A stretch of DNA of 61,637 nucleotides, filler included, from Candidatus Woesearchaeota archaeon (GTDB lineage Archaea > Nanobdellota > Nanobdellia > SCGC-AAA011-G17 > CAYFGV01): assembly GCA_964342845.1 (NCBI GenBank). It is 5 parts of 5 records of this genome, joined end to end, with 100 filler letters (N's around TTAATTAATTAA, not from the genome) between each part and the next. Parts side by side here need not be neighbours in the genome. Positions count along the whole stretch, not along the records: positions 40,398 to 51,648 come from CAYFGV010000019.1; positions 51,749 to 61,637 come from CAYFGV010000021.1; 3 more parts are not named here. One strand, written 5' to 3'. The position numbers and the translations under genes are program-made. Of the stretch, positions 47,821 through 58,631 are shown piece by piece (the stretch's first letter is position 1; each line of letters begins with the position of its first letter). The notes under the pieces are model-generated. The model had not been told where the DNA came from. It saw nothing but the letters and a program-made list of their open reading frames with translations, and did not search any database.

Positions 47821-48669
47821 ATGACTGACCAAAAAAAAGAAATCCTAATTTTCCTAAGAGCATACGGCCCTATTTTACCTGCACAAGTAGCTAAAAAAAT
47901 AAACACAAATATACTTTTCGCCTCAGCAATACTCTCAGACTTAGTCTCAAGAAAAGAAGTAAAAATCACCAAAGTTAAAACTGGTTCAAGCCCTTTCTAT
48001 TATCTACAAGGCCAAGAAACAAAACTCCAAGAACTTTCAAAACACCTACATCCAAAAGAAAAAGAAGCTTATGAACTATTAAAAAAAGAATTAGTTATAA
48101 GAGACAAAACAGCAGAAACTTGGCAAAAAGTAGCTCTAAGAGAAATAAAAGATTACGCCAACCCGATAAATGTCAAAATAAAAGACCAAGTAGAATTATT
48201 CTGGAAATGGTATCTAACTCCAAAAGAAGACTTAAAAACATTAATTGAAAAAAAGATAGCTCCACCCAAGCAAGAAACATTAACACCAGTAACTAAAGAA
48301 GAACCAATAAAAGAAGAAATTATAAAACCAAAAAAACAAGAACCATTAAAAGAAAAACCAAAAAAAACTTCTTCTGATTTCAAACAACAGGTAACAGATT
48401 ATATAAACAATAAAAACATAAAAAACATAGAAACTAAACTAGAAAAAGCAAGAGAACTAAACTTCTTAGTACAAATCCCTTCAAACATAGGAAGTCTAAC
48501 ATACTTCTTAAAAGCAAAAAATAAAAAATCAATAAATGAATCAGATTTAATCATAGCACTAAACCAATCAAACTCTTTACCTGTCCTATTCATAACTCCT
48601 GGAAAATTAACAAAAAAAGCAGAAGCATTTCTAATAAAAAATTCTTCAATAATTTTTAAAAAACTTTAA
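47821..48669 (+). CDS. Hypothetical protein with an N-terminal winged helix
   Basis: GPILPAQVAKKINTNILFASAILSDL; C-terminal alpha/beta domain. Confidence 0.7.
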   Translation: MTDQKKEILIFLRAYGPILPAQVAKKINTNILFASAILSDLVSRKEVKITKVKTGSSPFYYLQGQETKLQELSKHLHPKEKEAYELLKKELVIRDKTAETWQKVALREIKDYANPINVKIKDQVELFWKWYLTPKEDLKTLIEKKIAPPKQETLTPVTKEEPIKEEIIKPKKQEPLKEKPKKTSSDFKQQVTDYINNKNIKNIETKLEKARELNFLVQIPSNIGSLTYFLKAKNKKSINESDLIIALNQSNSLPVLFITPGKLTKKAEAFLIKNSSIIFKKL

Positions 48670-48694
48670 ATACTTAAAGATATTCTAACCGACA

Positions 48695-49753
48695 ATGAGA
48701 GACTATATGTTTATCCTGGACAAAGAAAATCCAAAGTTATCTATCATAGAACTCTTCAGCTATTTTGAATCTAGAAATATAACTTACAAACTCTTATCTA
48801 ATTCAAACCAAGCAGCAGTATTTAGATTATCAAACCTAGACCAAAATGATTTCATCTTAACCATAGCATCCACAATAAAATTCGGAGAAATTGTCTCAAA
48901 GAAATCAACATTATATCAGGGCATTAAAAAAGAATTTAATTATTACATAACATCTTACTCAGGAAACAAAGATAAACAATTTGAGAAGTTCTTAAAACAA
49001 AAATTCAAAAAAGCAACCCACGAAAAAACACAAGATGCAATAGAATTCTTAACTTACGATAAATATGTAGCTAGAAAAATTTCAAACATAAGCCAAAAAG
49101 AATTCGAAATAAGAGACAAGAAAAAACCAAAGAAAAAAATGAAAAGACCTATAGCTTCAAAATTAGCAAAAATAATGGTTAACCTATCAAAAGCAAAACA
49201 AGGAGACACATTAGCAGATCCATTTGCAGGAACAGGAACAATCCTACAAGAAGCACTACTAAGCAACTGCGACGTAATTGGTATAGACATAAGCAGAACA
49301 ATGACAGCATCTACATTAAAAAACCTAAAATGGCTTTACAATCAATATGACTTAACCCAAAACTTTGAAATGATAAGGGGAGACTCAACTTCTATCTCAA
49401 AATACCTTACAATAGACGAAGTAGATGCAATAGTAACAGAACCATTTATCCCTGTGTTTAAATTAATGCTTCCATCATTCGAAAAAGCAAAAAAAATAAT
49501 AAGAGATCTAGAAAAATTATACTTCTTATTCTTAATGAATGCAAAAAAAGCATTAAAAGAAAATGGAAGAGTAGTTATTATAGTTCCAGTAATCATAACA
49601 AAAGAAGGCAAAAAAATCACAATGAATTTCTTTAAAATAGCTTCAAGAGCAAACTTTAAAGTAATTGAATATCCAGAAGAATTCTCTCTACCTATAAGCT
49701 ATAAAAAAGACATTAAAAAAGGATTTATCAGAGAAATTTATATTTTAGAATAA
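48695..49753 (+). CDS. tRNA m2G10 methyltransferase-like (Trm11/TrmG10)
   Basis: KLAKIMVNL, ADPFAGTGTILQEA, IVTEP. Confidence 0.82.
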   Translation: MRDYMFILDKENPKLSIIELFSYFESRNITYKLLSNSNQAAVFRLSNLDQNDFILTIASTIKFGEIVSKKSTLYQGIKKEFNYYITSYSGNKDKQFEKFLKQKFKKATHEKTQDAIEFLTYDKYVARKISNISQKEFEIRDKKKPKKKMKRPIASKLAKIMVNLSKAKQGDTLADPFAGTGTILQEALLSNCDVIGIDISRTMTASTLKNLKWLYNQYDLTQNFEMIRGDSTSISKYLTIDEVDAIVTEPFIPVFKLMLPSFEKAKKIIRDLEKLYFLFLMNAKKALKENGRVVIIVPVIITKEGKKITMNFFKIASRANFKVIEYPEEFSLPISYKKDIKKGFIREIYILE

Positions 49754-49755
49754 GC

Positions 49756-49947
49756 TTATACAGTCTTTTCTAAATCCCCTTCCATGTATGATTCATATTT
49801 CTCATTAGGCTGCATCCTTTCTCGAACATTAACAGGTAAGTCTGAAGGAAGTTCAAAATAATCTATTTCCCTTTTCATATTTCCTTCTTCTTCGTGAAAT
49901 TCTTCATGAAACAAGCCATGCATTCTTTTACTTATGTAATTTTCCAT
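49756..49947 (-). CDS. Small hypothetical protein
   Basis: Short ORF between two genes. Confidence 0.4.
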   Translation of the reverse strand: MENYISKRMHGLFHEEFHEEEGNMKREIDYFELPSDLPVNVRERMQPNEKYESYMEGDLEKTV

Positions 49948-49972
49948 ATCAAAACAACAAAACAACTTATAT

Positions 49973-50494
49973 TTAAATCTTCCTCAAAATCCTTTTAAAA
50001 TCCCTCTCTAAATAACTTTTCTTATACTTTTTAACTTCTTCACGCAAATCAACCTTAAACCTCAATTCCAAAAAAGCACAAAACTGACTAACATTTTTAG
50101 GCTTGTCAGTATAATAACACCTCTCAAAATCAATCATTATAACATTATCACCAACAAAAACATGTTTCAAAGGCCTAGTAAATTCTAATTTATTAATTCC
50201 AATCTTATCCAGCACTCTACACTGCCTCAAAATCTCCAAAACAATAGGTTTAACCTCAGAAATATCCTTTCCCTTAATAAAATCTTTAAAAGCCACACCT
50301 TCAACAAACTCATAAACAACATAATCTTTTTTAACAAAATATACTTTAGGCCCAACTCCATACTTATTCAAAATCTTCAAAAACTTATACTCATTATCAA
50401 CAACCTTCTTAGCACCCTTCTTAACAGCAACTAACTTACCCTTATAAAAGTCCTTAAAAACTTCAGATCTCCTTCCTCTAGCAAAAAACTCCAT
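49973..50494 (-). CDS. Small RIO/Bud32-like Ser/Thr kinase
   Basis: ARGRRSEVF, VAVK, GVGPKVY, IDFE. Confidence 0.8.
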   Translation of the reverse strand: MEFFARGRRSEVFKDFYKGKLVAVKKGAKKVVDNEYKFLKILNKYGVGPKVYFVKKDYVVYEFVEGVAFKDFIKGKDISEVKPIVLEILRQCRVLDKIGINKLEFTRPLKHVFVGDNVIMIDFERCYYTDKPKNVSQFCAFLELRFKVDLREEVKKYKKSYLERDFKRILRKI

Positions 50495-50557
50495 AAAATT
50501 AAAAAAAGAAAGGTTTTTAAATAAATTACTATAATTAAAATATAAAGAGGTACCTAA

Positions 50558-51648
50558 ATGAAAAAATTAATACTAATCTTATTATTAATAATTTTAATTC
50601 CCCAAGCCTATGCAGCCTCTGATTTTAGCATAACTGGTTCTTTAGAATGGCTTAACGACGAATTAAACAAAACAGAGCTAACTTATAGATCCACTACAGA
50701 CCTAGCAATCTCAGCTCTAGCCTTAGGACAAAACAACTATCCTGTAACTGATATCTTAGAAGAACTAGAATTAAGAGAGCAAGTAGACCATTGGGGTTCA
50801 TTAGAAGATACAATATACGCAACATTAGCCTTCTACTATTTCAACTATGACGTCACAGACGAAATAAATTATATTAAACAACAAGCAACTCAAGGAATTT
50901 CTCCAGAAAACTTCCGTTTAACAATAGCATCTTCAACAAATCCAGAACAAACAGGTTCATGTGATCTTAAAACAGACACAGAAACAGTAACAGTTACCAT
51001 AGATGGAACAACCCACACTTGTAATGACGGCGCACCAAACGATTATATACAACTTTCAACTTGTTTAACTCTAGACAACTACGAAGAAATTGAAGTACAA
51101 TGCCTACTTTATTCTGCCACCTCAAGAACACTATCCTATGTAACAGGTTCAGATTATTATCTCTTACAAAAAGACTCACCTGTTTATATAAAAAATTATA
51201 ATTATGGGAGCATAGAAATATCTGGATTAGTAGCATGGGCATTAAATCACTACATGACAGATGACGCATACACATCTTCTTACATTGAAGTAGGATTTGA
51301 TAAAAACGATCCATTAGAATATGCATATGCTTATCTTGTTTCAGAAGAATCTAAAACAGCATACTCTGTATGGCTAAAAGAAAACCAACATGAACTAGGT
51401 TTTTGGGATAATGTTTATACAACAGCCACAGTATATGATTTACTCCAATCAGCACCTTCAACAGAAACTCAATCAGCAAAATCATGGCTAGAACAAGCAG
51501 CAAACGATGATGGCTCATGGGAACAAAGCATTTTCCAAACAGCTTACGTAATCTTTACAGCCTTTACACCAACAAAAGGAATCGTTGCTCCAGACTCAAT
51601 CACAGAAGTATGTGGAGATTCCATCTGTTCAACAGAAGAAACTCTAGA
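50558..51648 (+). CDS. Secreted acidic protein with prenyltransferase/squalene-cyclase-like helical repeats (truncated by contig end)
   Basis: Signal peptide; WLKENQHELGFW and WLEQAANDDGSW repeats; VCGDSICS surface-protein motif. Confidence 0.65.
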
Positions 51649-51748
51649 NNNNNNNNNNNNNNNNNNNNNNNNNNNNNNNNNNNNNNNNNNNNTTAATTAA
51701 TTAANNNNNNNNNNNNNNNNNNNNNNNNNNNNNNNNNNNNNNNNNNNN
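51649..51748. other. Artificial contig linker
   Basis: N-run/TTAATTAATTAA/N-run. Confidence 0.98.
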
Positions 51749-52354
51749 CCATTGCCTAGCTGCCTTAGAAGGATGACCTTGAAAAAACAAACTAATAGGT
51801 GAAGCATAATTTTGAGATGGGTCACTTAAACCAGGAAAATAACCTTCAGAATAACCAGGATCAACAGGTTCCCACTCCATACCACTAGGATCTATATACT
51901 TCATAGGATTATCTCTAACATAAACATAAGAAGAAAATAATAAATCAGGTACAGGATCTACAGATATAAACCTACCTAATGAAGCATCATAATACCTAGC
52001 TCCATAATAATATAAACCAGAAGAATCTAACTCTTTACCAGTATAAGTATATCTTTCTTCTCCCTCTGAATTATAACTTTCTCCAAAAGGATAGTAATCA
52101 GAAGAATATTCTATTTCACCCTCAGAATCACTAACTAAACTATTACTACCTAAATGATCTTTATGATAATAACTAACTTCTGAACCTTGTTGTTTACTAA
52201 CTACACCAGTAGGGCCGTAAGAATATACTACCACATTATCTGGTAATATAGTGGGAGCTTGTCTTATTGTATCTTCTGTATAATAAGCGTAAGAAAAAAC
52301 AGCTATTATTAATAATAAAATTAAAACTATAGGAATCACTTCTTTTTTATTCAT
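51749..52354 (-). CDS. RHS-repeat-associated core protein with an N-terminal signal anchor (continues at 14001-13420)
   Basis: YYHKDHLGS, YYPFGE, YTGKELD, YYYGARYYD..LGRFISVDP, NPMKYIDPSG. Confidence 0.92.
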
Positions 52355-52457
52355 AGATTATTTTAAAAGTTCTATGGTTTAAAAAGTTAACGGAAAAAAT
52401 AAATTCAACCCAACAGACCCCAAACATTTATAAATATGTGTAACTAATTACTCTAAA

Positions 52458-54170
52458 ATGAACCTAGAAACACTAAGACATTCAGCATCACACTTATTAG
52501 CCCATGCAATTAAAGAACTTTACCCTAAAGTTAAACTTGGCATAGGCCCTGCAATAGAAAATGGATTCTATTATGATTTTGATAATCTAAAAATCACAGA
52601 GGAAGATTTAAAAAAAATAGAAAGTAAAATGCACCAAATAGCTGAAGAAGACCTAAAAATAAAAAAAATAACAAAAACCAAAGCAGAAGCAAAAAAACTC
52701 CTAAAAAATGAAAAATACAAATTAGAACTCTTAGAAGAGTTAGAAACAAAACCAACATTCTATCAACAAGGAGATTTCATAGACCTATGTAAAGGCCCTC
52801 ATGTAAAATCCACTAAAGAACTTAAAAATTTCAAACTTCAGAAAATAGCAGGAGCATATTGGAGAGGAAATGAAAAAAATAAAATGCTCACTAGGATTTA
52901 TGGAACTATATTTCCAAAAAAAGAAGAATTAAAAGAATATTTACATATGTTAGTAGAAGCAGAAAAAAGAGACCATAACAAATTAGGAAAAGAACTAGAT
53001 CTATTCATGTTCAGCGAAACAGTTGGAAAAGGATTACCTTTACTCACACCAAAAGGAGCCACCCTAAAGACAATCATTAGAAGATTCATAGAAGACGAAG
53101 AAACAAAAAGAGGATATCTTCATACAATAACCCCAATAATAGCAAAATCAGATTTATACAAAATCTCAGGACATTACGACCATTACAAAGAAAGCATGTT
53201 CATAATAAAAGAAGGAAAAATGGAATTAGCATTAAGACCAATGACTTGTCCACACCAATTTATGTTATATAAAAGAAAACTATGGAGCTACAAAGAACTA
53301 CCAGTAAGATACGCAGAAATAGCAGAACTATTCAGAAAAGAACAAACAGGGGAACTCCACGGTCTAATAAGAATTTGGCAGTTCACTCTAGCAGATGCAC
53401 ACATAATCTGTGCACCAGAACAACTAGAAAAAGAATTCAAAGAAGTCTTAAAACTAGTCCAATACATTCTAAAAACATTAGGATTAAAAGATTTCTGGTA
53501 TAGATTCTCCAAAGGCGACCCAAAAAAGAAAGGAAAATATATAGATAATCCAAAAGCCTGGAAAGAATCTCAAGCAACCCTAAAAAAAATATTAAACAAT
53601 TTAAAACTAAAATATGAGGAAGCTGAAGATGAAGCAGCATTCTACGGCCCAAAATTAGATGTACAAATGAAAAACGTTTATGGAAAAGAAGATACAATTA
53701 TTACTCTACAAATAGACTTTGCACTTCCAGAAAGGTTTGACTTAGAATACACTGACAAAAAAGGAAACAGAACAAGACCAATGATTATCCACAGATCCTC
53801 TGTAGGTTGCCTAGAAAGAACAATAGCCATACTTATCGAACATTATGCAGGTAAATTCCCTTTATGGTTATCTCCAATCCAAGTAAAAATCGTAACAGTT
53901 ACAGATAAAAATTTAAAGTTTGCAAAAGAAATAGAAAAACAACTAAGAAAAAGCGAAATAAGAACAGAACTAGATACAAGATCAGAATCCATAGGTAGAA
54001 AAGTAAGAGACGCAATTAAAGAAAGGGTTCCGTATGTAATCACCATGGGTGAAAAAGAACAAAAAAACAAAACTCTAGCAATAAGATCAAGAGATAACAA
54101 AGTAAGATTTAGTGTAAAACCAGAAAAATTCATAAAAGAACTTCTAAAAGAGATTAAAGATAAATGTTAA
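52458..54170 (+). CDS. thrS: Threonine--tRNA ligase, bacterial type (N2 editing domain, no TGS domain)
   Basis: RHSASHLL, DLCKGPH, RDHNKLG, RPMTCP, AFYGPKLD, IHRS. Confidence 0.97.
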   Translation: MNLETLRHSASHLLAHAIKELYPKVKLGIGPAIENGFYYDFDNLKITEEDLKKIESKMHQIAEEDLKIKKITKTKAEAKKLLKNEKYKLELLEELETKPTFYQQGDFIDLCKGPHVKSTKELKNFKLQKIAGAYWRGNEKNKMLTRIYGTIFPKKEELKEYLHMLVEAEKRDHNKLGKELDLFMFSETVGKGLPLLTPKGATLKTIIRRFIEDEETKRGYLHTITPIIAKSDLYKISGHYDHYKESMFIIKEGKMELALRPMTCPHQFMLYKRKLWSYKELPVRYAEIAELFRKEQTGELHGLIRIWQFTLADAHIICAPEQLEKEFKEVLKLVQYILKTLGLKDFWYRFSKGDPKKKGKYIDNPKAWKESQATLKKILNNLKLKYEEAEDEAAFYGPKLDVQMKNVYGKEDTIITLQIDFALPERFDLEYTDKKGNRTRPMIIHRSSVGCLERTIAILIEHYAGKFPLWLSPIQVKIVTVTDKNLKFAKEIEKQLRKSEIRTELDTRSESIGRKVRDAIKERVPYVITMGEKEQKNKTLAIRSRDNKVRFSVKPEKFIKELLKEIKDKC

Positions 54171-54640
54171 CTAAAATTAAAGAACTTCTAGAAAAGATTG
54201 AAAACTCAGAAGATTTTAAAGAATTTAAACAAAAACAACCAGAATCTTATTTATCTAGTATTTTTATCTCAGATGAAATTCAATTCCACTACTACAATCC
54301 CAGCACAAACAAAATATCAACTTTCTCAGAAGAAAAATCTTCTACAGACTTAGAAATCTTCAAAAAACCAGAAGCTAAAATAAAACCTTTAGATTTAGAA
54401 AACATAAAAATTTCTTTTGAAGAAATAGAAAAAACAATAGCAAAAAAATTACAAGAAAAAGCAACAAAAAAAATAATAATCCTACAAACATTAGACTCTA
54501 AAACAATATATAATATAACAATAATAACAACTACCTTCAATGTTTTCAACCTAAAATTAGATGCTACAACAGGAGAAATAATACATGAATCTTTAACACC
54601 TGTTTTTGAATTTAAAGAATCTCCAAAACCTTCTTCCTAG
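54164..54640 (+). CDS. Hypothetical protein (PepSY-like C-terminus)
   Basis: Overlaps the thrS stop; LKLDATTGEII. Confidence 0.7.
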   Translation: MLTKIKELLEKIENSEDFKEFKQKQPESYLSSIFISDEIQFHYYNPSTNKISTFSEEKSSTDLEIFKKPEAKIKPLDLENIKISFEEIEKTIAKKLQEKATKKIIILQTLDSKTIYNITIITTTFNVFNLKLDATTGEIIHESLTPVFEFKESPKPSS

Positions 54641-54812
54641 ACTTAAACCCAGACACCATCCTAACATCTTTCTTAAGCTTTTTCTTAAATAATTTAATCA
54701 ACTCTAAATTAGCTTTACCGTCTTCAGCCCTAGACTTAACACTAACATAATAAACTCCATCTTCAAACTTAATCTCAGATTTTTTTGAACCAGGTTTCAC
54801 AATAACTTTCAT
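54612..54812 (-). CDS. DUF167 (YggU-like) protein
   Basis: VKPGSKK...AEDGKANLELI...SGFKSRKK. Confidence 0.88.
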   Translation of the reverse strand: MKVIVKPGSKKSEIKFEDGVYYVSVKSRAEDGKANLELIKLFKKKLKKDVRMVSGFKSRKKVLEIL

Positions 54813-54845
54813 AAAAATAAAAAAGAATTAAAAATTTAAAAAACT

Positions 54846-55049
54846 TTACTTTCTTCTTGCTTTAGGTTCACATCCACCACAACCACCTCTTCTAGCTCTA
54901 GAAGTAGTTCTTTTAGCAGTTGCTCTAGCCCTTGTAGCAGTTCTTTTTGCTGTAGCTCTAGAAGCAGTCCTCTTAGCAGTTGCTCTTGCAACAGTTTTTC
55001 TAACAGTAACTCTCCTTCCAGAAGCAGCTTTTTTTCTTGCAGCAGCCAT
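54846..55049 (-). CDS. Small very basic Ala/Arg/Thr-rich repeat protein
   Basis: GAGGTGA RBS; three RATAKRT units; C-terminal GCGGC. Confidence 0.75.
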   Translation of the reverse strand: MAAARKKAASGRRVTVRKTVARATAKRTASRATAKRTATRARATAKRTTSRARRGGCGGCEPKARRK

Positions 55050-55142
55050 TTTTTTTAATCACCTCTTTTTTCCCTCTTTTTTAAAGATTTTATCAATTTA
55101 TAGATTAACCCATTTATAAACTTATCTACAAAAAAAGAACTT

Positions 55143-55859
55143 TTATTTATTTTTCTTCCAAAATTCTCTCAAAACATCTTCTTCCATAAAATGCATCTTA
55201 CCAGGAACAATCAAACACTGTGGAAACTTAGAACTCTTAAACTTAACCAACTCTTTCAACTTTCCAACTTTAATTTCAAAATCTTTAAAACCTAAACGAA
55301 CACAACCAACAGCTAAACTATCTTTAGAAACTTTATTACTAACTAAATATTTGCAAGCCTCTGAAATACTCAAAAACTTCCCACCAGAAGGATCTAAATC
55401 TAACAAAAACAAAGTATGTAAACCATTCTTAAAATTTTTCTTAAAAACATCAACAGGACTCTTAACTTTCAAATCAAAAGGAATAGAAACAACAGCTCCA
55501 AATTTATACAAACTCAAACCAGTAACACCAACAGCAGTTAAAATAGAAGGACCATGGATAAATTCAACCTTTTTAGCCCTCATTAACAAATCAACATGAG
55601 TAGTAGCAGAAAAAATATCTCCAAAAACCAAAAAACAAACTTTAGAACTTCTAGCCTTAGAAACAATCTCATCAGTCCCTTCAACTAAATTCCTATCAGC
55701 TAAAATAATCTTCTTTCCATAAAACTTCTCTAATTTCTTAACATCACAACCAACAGAAGTATAACTATCTAAATAAACATAGTCACTCTCTCGAATAACC
55801 TTTAACCCTCTAACTGAAACATCTTTCTCATCAAATCCAATTCCTATGAAATATAACAT
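55143..55859 (-). CDS. dph5: Diphthine synthase
   Basis: MLYFIGIG, YLDSYTS, GDIFSATTH, YKFG, HTLFLLD, MHFME. Confidence 0.93.
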   Translation of the reverse strand: MLYFIGIGFDEKDVSVRGLKVIRESDYVYLDSYTSVGCDVKKLEKFYGKKIILADRNLVEGTDEIVSKARSSKVCFLVFGDIFSATTHVDLLMRAKKVEFIHGPSILTAVGVTGLSLYKFGAVVSIPFDLKVKSPVDVFKKNFKNGLHTLFLLDLDPSGGKFLSISEACKYLVSNKVSKDSLAVGCVRLGFKDFEIKVGKLKELVKFKSSKFPQCLIVPGKMHFMEEDVLREFWKKNK

Positions 55860-55873
55860 ATAAAAAATAACAT

Positions 55874-56359
55874 TTAACTCTTTTTAATATTTTCCCATTT
55901 AGCTAAAAATATAAAAAACAAAGCTCCAGCAGCAAAACCACTTAAATACTCAAACTCAAACCCTAAAAACACTAAAGGAATCAAAAACCAAACTAATTGT
56001 AAAAACAAAGGAAAAACAACCTTACGATAGTCCTTCCAATATTTCTTAGAACTCAAAGTCCCATACACCAAACCAAAAACAAATATCAAAGACATCATCC
56101 AAAAATTAGCCAAAGCAACCAACCCAAGACCTAAATAAAAATAACTCTTCCTAAAGTATAAAGCAACTATAAATCCTAAACCAAAAAACACAGCAGAAAA
56201 AAAACTTCTAGAATAATACAACAAACTAACAACCATTAAAAATAAAACAACTCTTCTAATAATTTCAAAATACTTTTTACCAGGTTTATATTCTTCTTTA
56301 GTTAAAAAACCTAATAAAACTCCAAAAACTAAACCCAAAAAACTTAACCAATATTCCAT
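55874..56359 (-). CDS. Multi-pass membrane protein
   Basis: Hydrophobic ORF. Confidence 0.65.
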   Translation of the reverse strand: MEYWLSFLGLVFGVLLGFLTKEEYKPGKKYFEIIRRVVLFLMVVSLLYYSRSFFSAVFFGLGFIVALYFRKSYFYLGLGLVALANFWMMSLIFVFGLVYGTLSSKKYWKDYRKVVFPLFLQLVWFLIPLVFLGFEFEYLSGFAAGALFFIFLAKWENIKKS

Positions 56360-56398
56360 ACAAGAAACTATATAAACCAACTTAAATAACTTACTATA

Positions 56399-57127
56399 AT
56401 GGAATACGAAATCATAATCTCAAAATCTAACCCAGCGTCTCAAAACATAAAACAATTCTTAAAAACCTACAAAGAAACAAACAAAGAACTAATCTACGCA
56501 GACACTAAAACAACTAAAGATATAATAATCTTCGCTTGCACACACAAAAGCATAACAGAAAAACCCTGCTTCTGTATCCATTATCCTGGAAACTTCAACA
56601 AAGCAGAACTAGGAGGAAAAGAAAAAACCCTAAACATAGCAGCATCTAGATTGTTAAGACCATTATATCAAGAACTAAAAAAACAAAACACTCTAAATTT
56701 CGAGATAGCAATAGAAGCAGACCACCATGGACCTAATTGTAATAAACCCTGTCTTTTCATAGAAATAGGATCATCAGAAAAACAATGGAACAACAAACAA
56801 GCAGGAAAAATAATAGCAACAACAATACAAAACACAATTAAAAAAGAATTAAAAAAAGAAAAAACAATTATAATCTTTGGAGGAACCCATTACAATCAAC
56901 TAGCAATCAAAGCCTTAGAAAACACAAATTACAATATAGGACATATTTGCTCAAAATACAACTTACCATACCTAACTAAAAACACTCTAAAACAAGCATT
57001 AGAAAAAAACCAAGATAAAATTGAATTCGCTTACTTAGACAAAAAAATCAAATCAGAACCTAGAAAAAAATTAATAAAACTTCTAGAAGAATTAAACATT
57101 GAATACAAAACTACACTAAAAACATAG
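56399..57127 (+). CDS. dtdA: D-aminoacyl-tRNA deacylase (archaeal DTD2)
   Basis: HYPGNF..AELGG, EADHHGP, FIEIGS, FGGTHY. Confidence 0.9.
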   Translation: MEYEIIISKSNPASQNIKQFLKTYKETNKELIYADTKTTKDIIIFACTHKSITEKPCFCIHYPGNFNKAELGGKEKTLNIAASRLLRPLYQELKKQNTLNFEIAIEADHHGPNCNKPCLFIEIGSSEKQWNNKQAGKIIATTIQNTIKKELKKEKTIIIFGGTHYNQLAIKALENTNYNIGHICSKYNLPYLTKNTLKQALEKNQDKIEFAYLDKKIKSEPRKKLIKLLEELNIEYKTTLKT

Positions 57128-57157
57128 ATTTATTAAGCACATAAAATCCCCAAAAAC

Positions 57158-57472
57158 ATGGCTGAATTAGATAACGAAAACATTTATTTCGAAGAAATAA
57201 CACTTAACGGAAAAGAACCTGCTAAAAGCATAACAGACTTTTTTGAAGATGAGGAAAATACAATAATCTGGCCAAAAAACAATCATCTTAAATATGTAAC
57301 ATTTTTACCCCACTTATATGCAACATCTGCATGCGAAGACCATTTCCCTTTAGTATACAGTATAATAATAGATAAAGAAAAAATCATTCTAAGAGAAATC
57401 ATAGATCCAGAAACAGCCAGATACATAGCAGAAGACATAAACAGAGAACTAAACCGTAATCCACCACATTAA
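57158..57472 (+). CDS. Hypothetical protein
   Basis: 104-aa ORF. Confidence 0.55.
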   Translation: MAELDNENIYFEEITLNGKEPAKSITDFFEDEENTIIWPKNNHLKYVTFLPHLYATSACEDHFPLVYSIIIDKEKIILREIIDPETARYIAEDINRELNRNPPH

Positions 57473-58062
57473 ATTTTCACAGCAACAGTCCCAGGACTCT
57501 TACGTCCAACTACAGGTCCATCAATTACACTAAAGCCGACCTTAACTAAATTCTTTCTAACAATAGAAGCACAAGAATAAGTAGTTAATCTACCTCCAAT
57601 CTTAAGCAACTTATAAATATCTTTAAAAAACTCCACACTCCACATCTCAGGACATTTCCTAGGAGAAAAAGGATCAAACAAAACAGCATCAAACCCAAAA
57701 CCTAACTTCTTAACAACATCCCTAGCATCACCAACATACAACTTCAACCTAGAATTTTCACTACCTTTAGCAACCTTTTTAATAATCTCATACTCACCAC
57801 CCAAATCAACTTTAGAAACCATATCTAAAACTTCTTTACTCTTCTCAATCCCAATAACATTAGCCCCTTCTTTCAAAGCAAAATAAGAGTTATATCCTAA
57901 ACCAAAACAAACATCCAAAACCAAAGTTCCTTTAAACAACCTAGCAGGCTCAACATACTTCTTATAAGCCTCTTCCAAAGCACCAGATAAAGAATGACAA
58001 CATTCTCCAACAGAAGAACAATACAAAGTAAAACTACCATCCTTAGTTTTAACAAATTTCAT
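57469..58062 (-). CDS. MnmC/MnmD-like SAM-dependent methyltransferase
   Basis: TKDGSFTL, GALEEA, DVCFGLGYN, FDPFSPRKCPEMW, TTYS. Confidence 0.88.
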   Translation of the reverse strand: MKFVKTKDGSFTLYCSSVGECCHSLSGALEEAYKKYVEPARLFKGTLVLDVCFGLGYNSYFALKEGANVIGIEKSKEVLDMVSKVDLGGEYEIIKKVAKGSENSRLKLYVGDARDVVKKLGFGFDAVLFDPFSPRKCPEMWSVEFFKDIYKLLKIGGRLTTYSCASIVRKNLVKVGFSVIDGPVVGRKSPGTVAVKI

Positions 58063-58096
58063 AAAAAAAGAAAAACTAGAAAATTTAAAAAGTTAA

Positions 58097-58456
58097 CTAA
58101 TAAACAGGATTAAACTTTTCACCAGGCAACACAGCTCTTTTAGGATAAAAAGTATTACCTTCCTTAACACCATAAAATTCAACACCATAAAAAACTTCAC
58201 TCGGATCAAAGCTAGACTCAAAGAACTCTTTATTATCTTTTAAATTTACCCAAATCATTTCATCCCCAACACCATAATAACCACCAACACAAAAACCAGG
58301 AACTTCAGGACAAAAAATCCCTCCGCTCAACGTATCAGCAGCTACTTTCTTTGACAAAGGAGACGCTTCACCAGTCTTAGCCAAATCACAACCAGTCGTA
58401 GTAGATTGTAAAAGAGCAACCAAACCTACACCTAAACTTTTCAAATTTAATTTCAT
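58097..58456 (-). CDS. Hypothetical secreted or lipoprotein-like protein
   Basis: N-terminal hydrophobic stretch followed by ...TTGC. Confidence 0.55.
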   Translation of the reverse strand: MKLNLKSLGVGLVALLQSTTTGCDLAKTGEASPLSKKVAADTLSGGIFCPEVPGFCVGGYYGVGDEMIWVNLKDNKEFFESSFDPSEVFYGVEFYGVKEGNTFYPKRAVLPGEKFNPVY

Positions 58457-58631
58457 TTTTAACTATCCAAAGACAACACCATCTTATTTAAATATCTTTC
58501 TATTTTAACTACTAATAGGTAAAAAACAAATCTAGTCTTCCTTCTTTTTCTTCTTTTAAACATACACTATTTTTGATTTACAAGTATATAAATAGACATG
58601 TAAAATTAATTCAAAAAACTACATACCAAAA

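Noticed and set aside
52458..54170. Bacterial-type genes (thrS, cspA, M16 peptidase) as contamination
   Set aside because: They lie on contigs carrying archaeal genes or archaeal TATA promoters, and thrS shares the host strand-specific codon bias.
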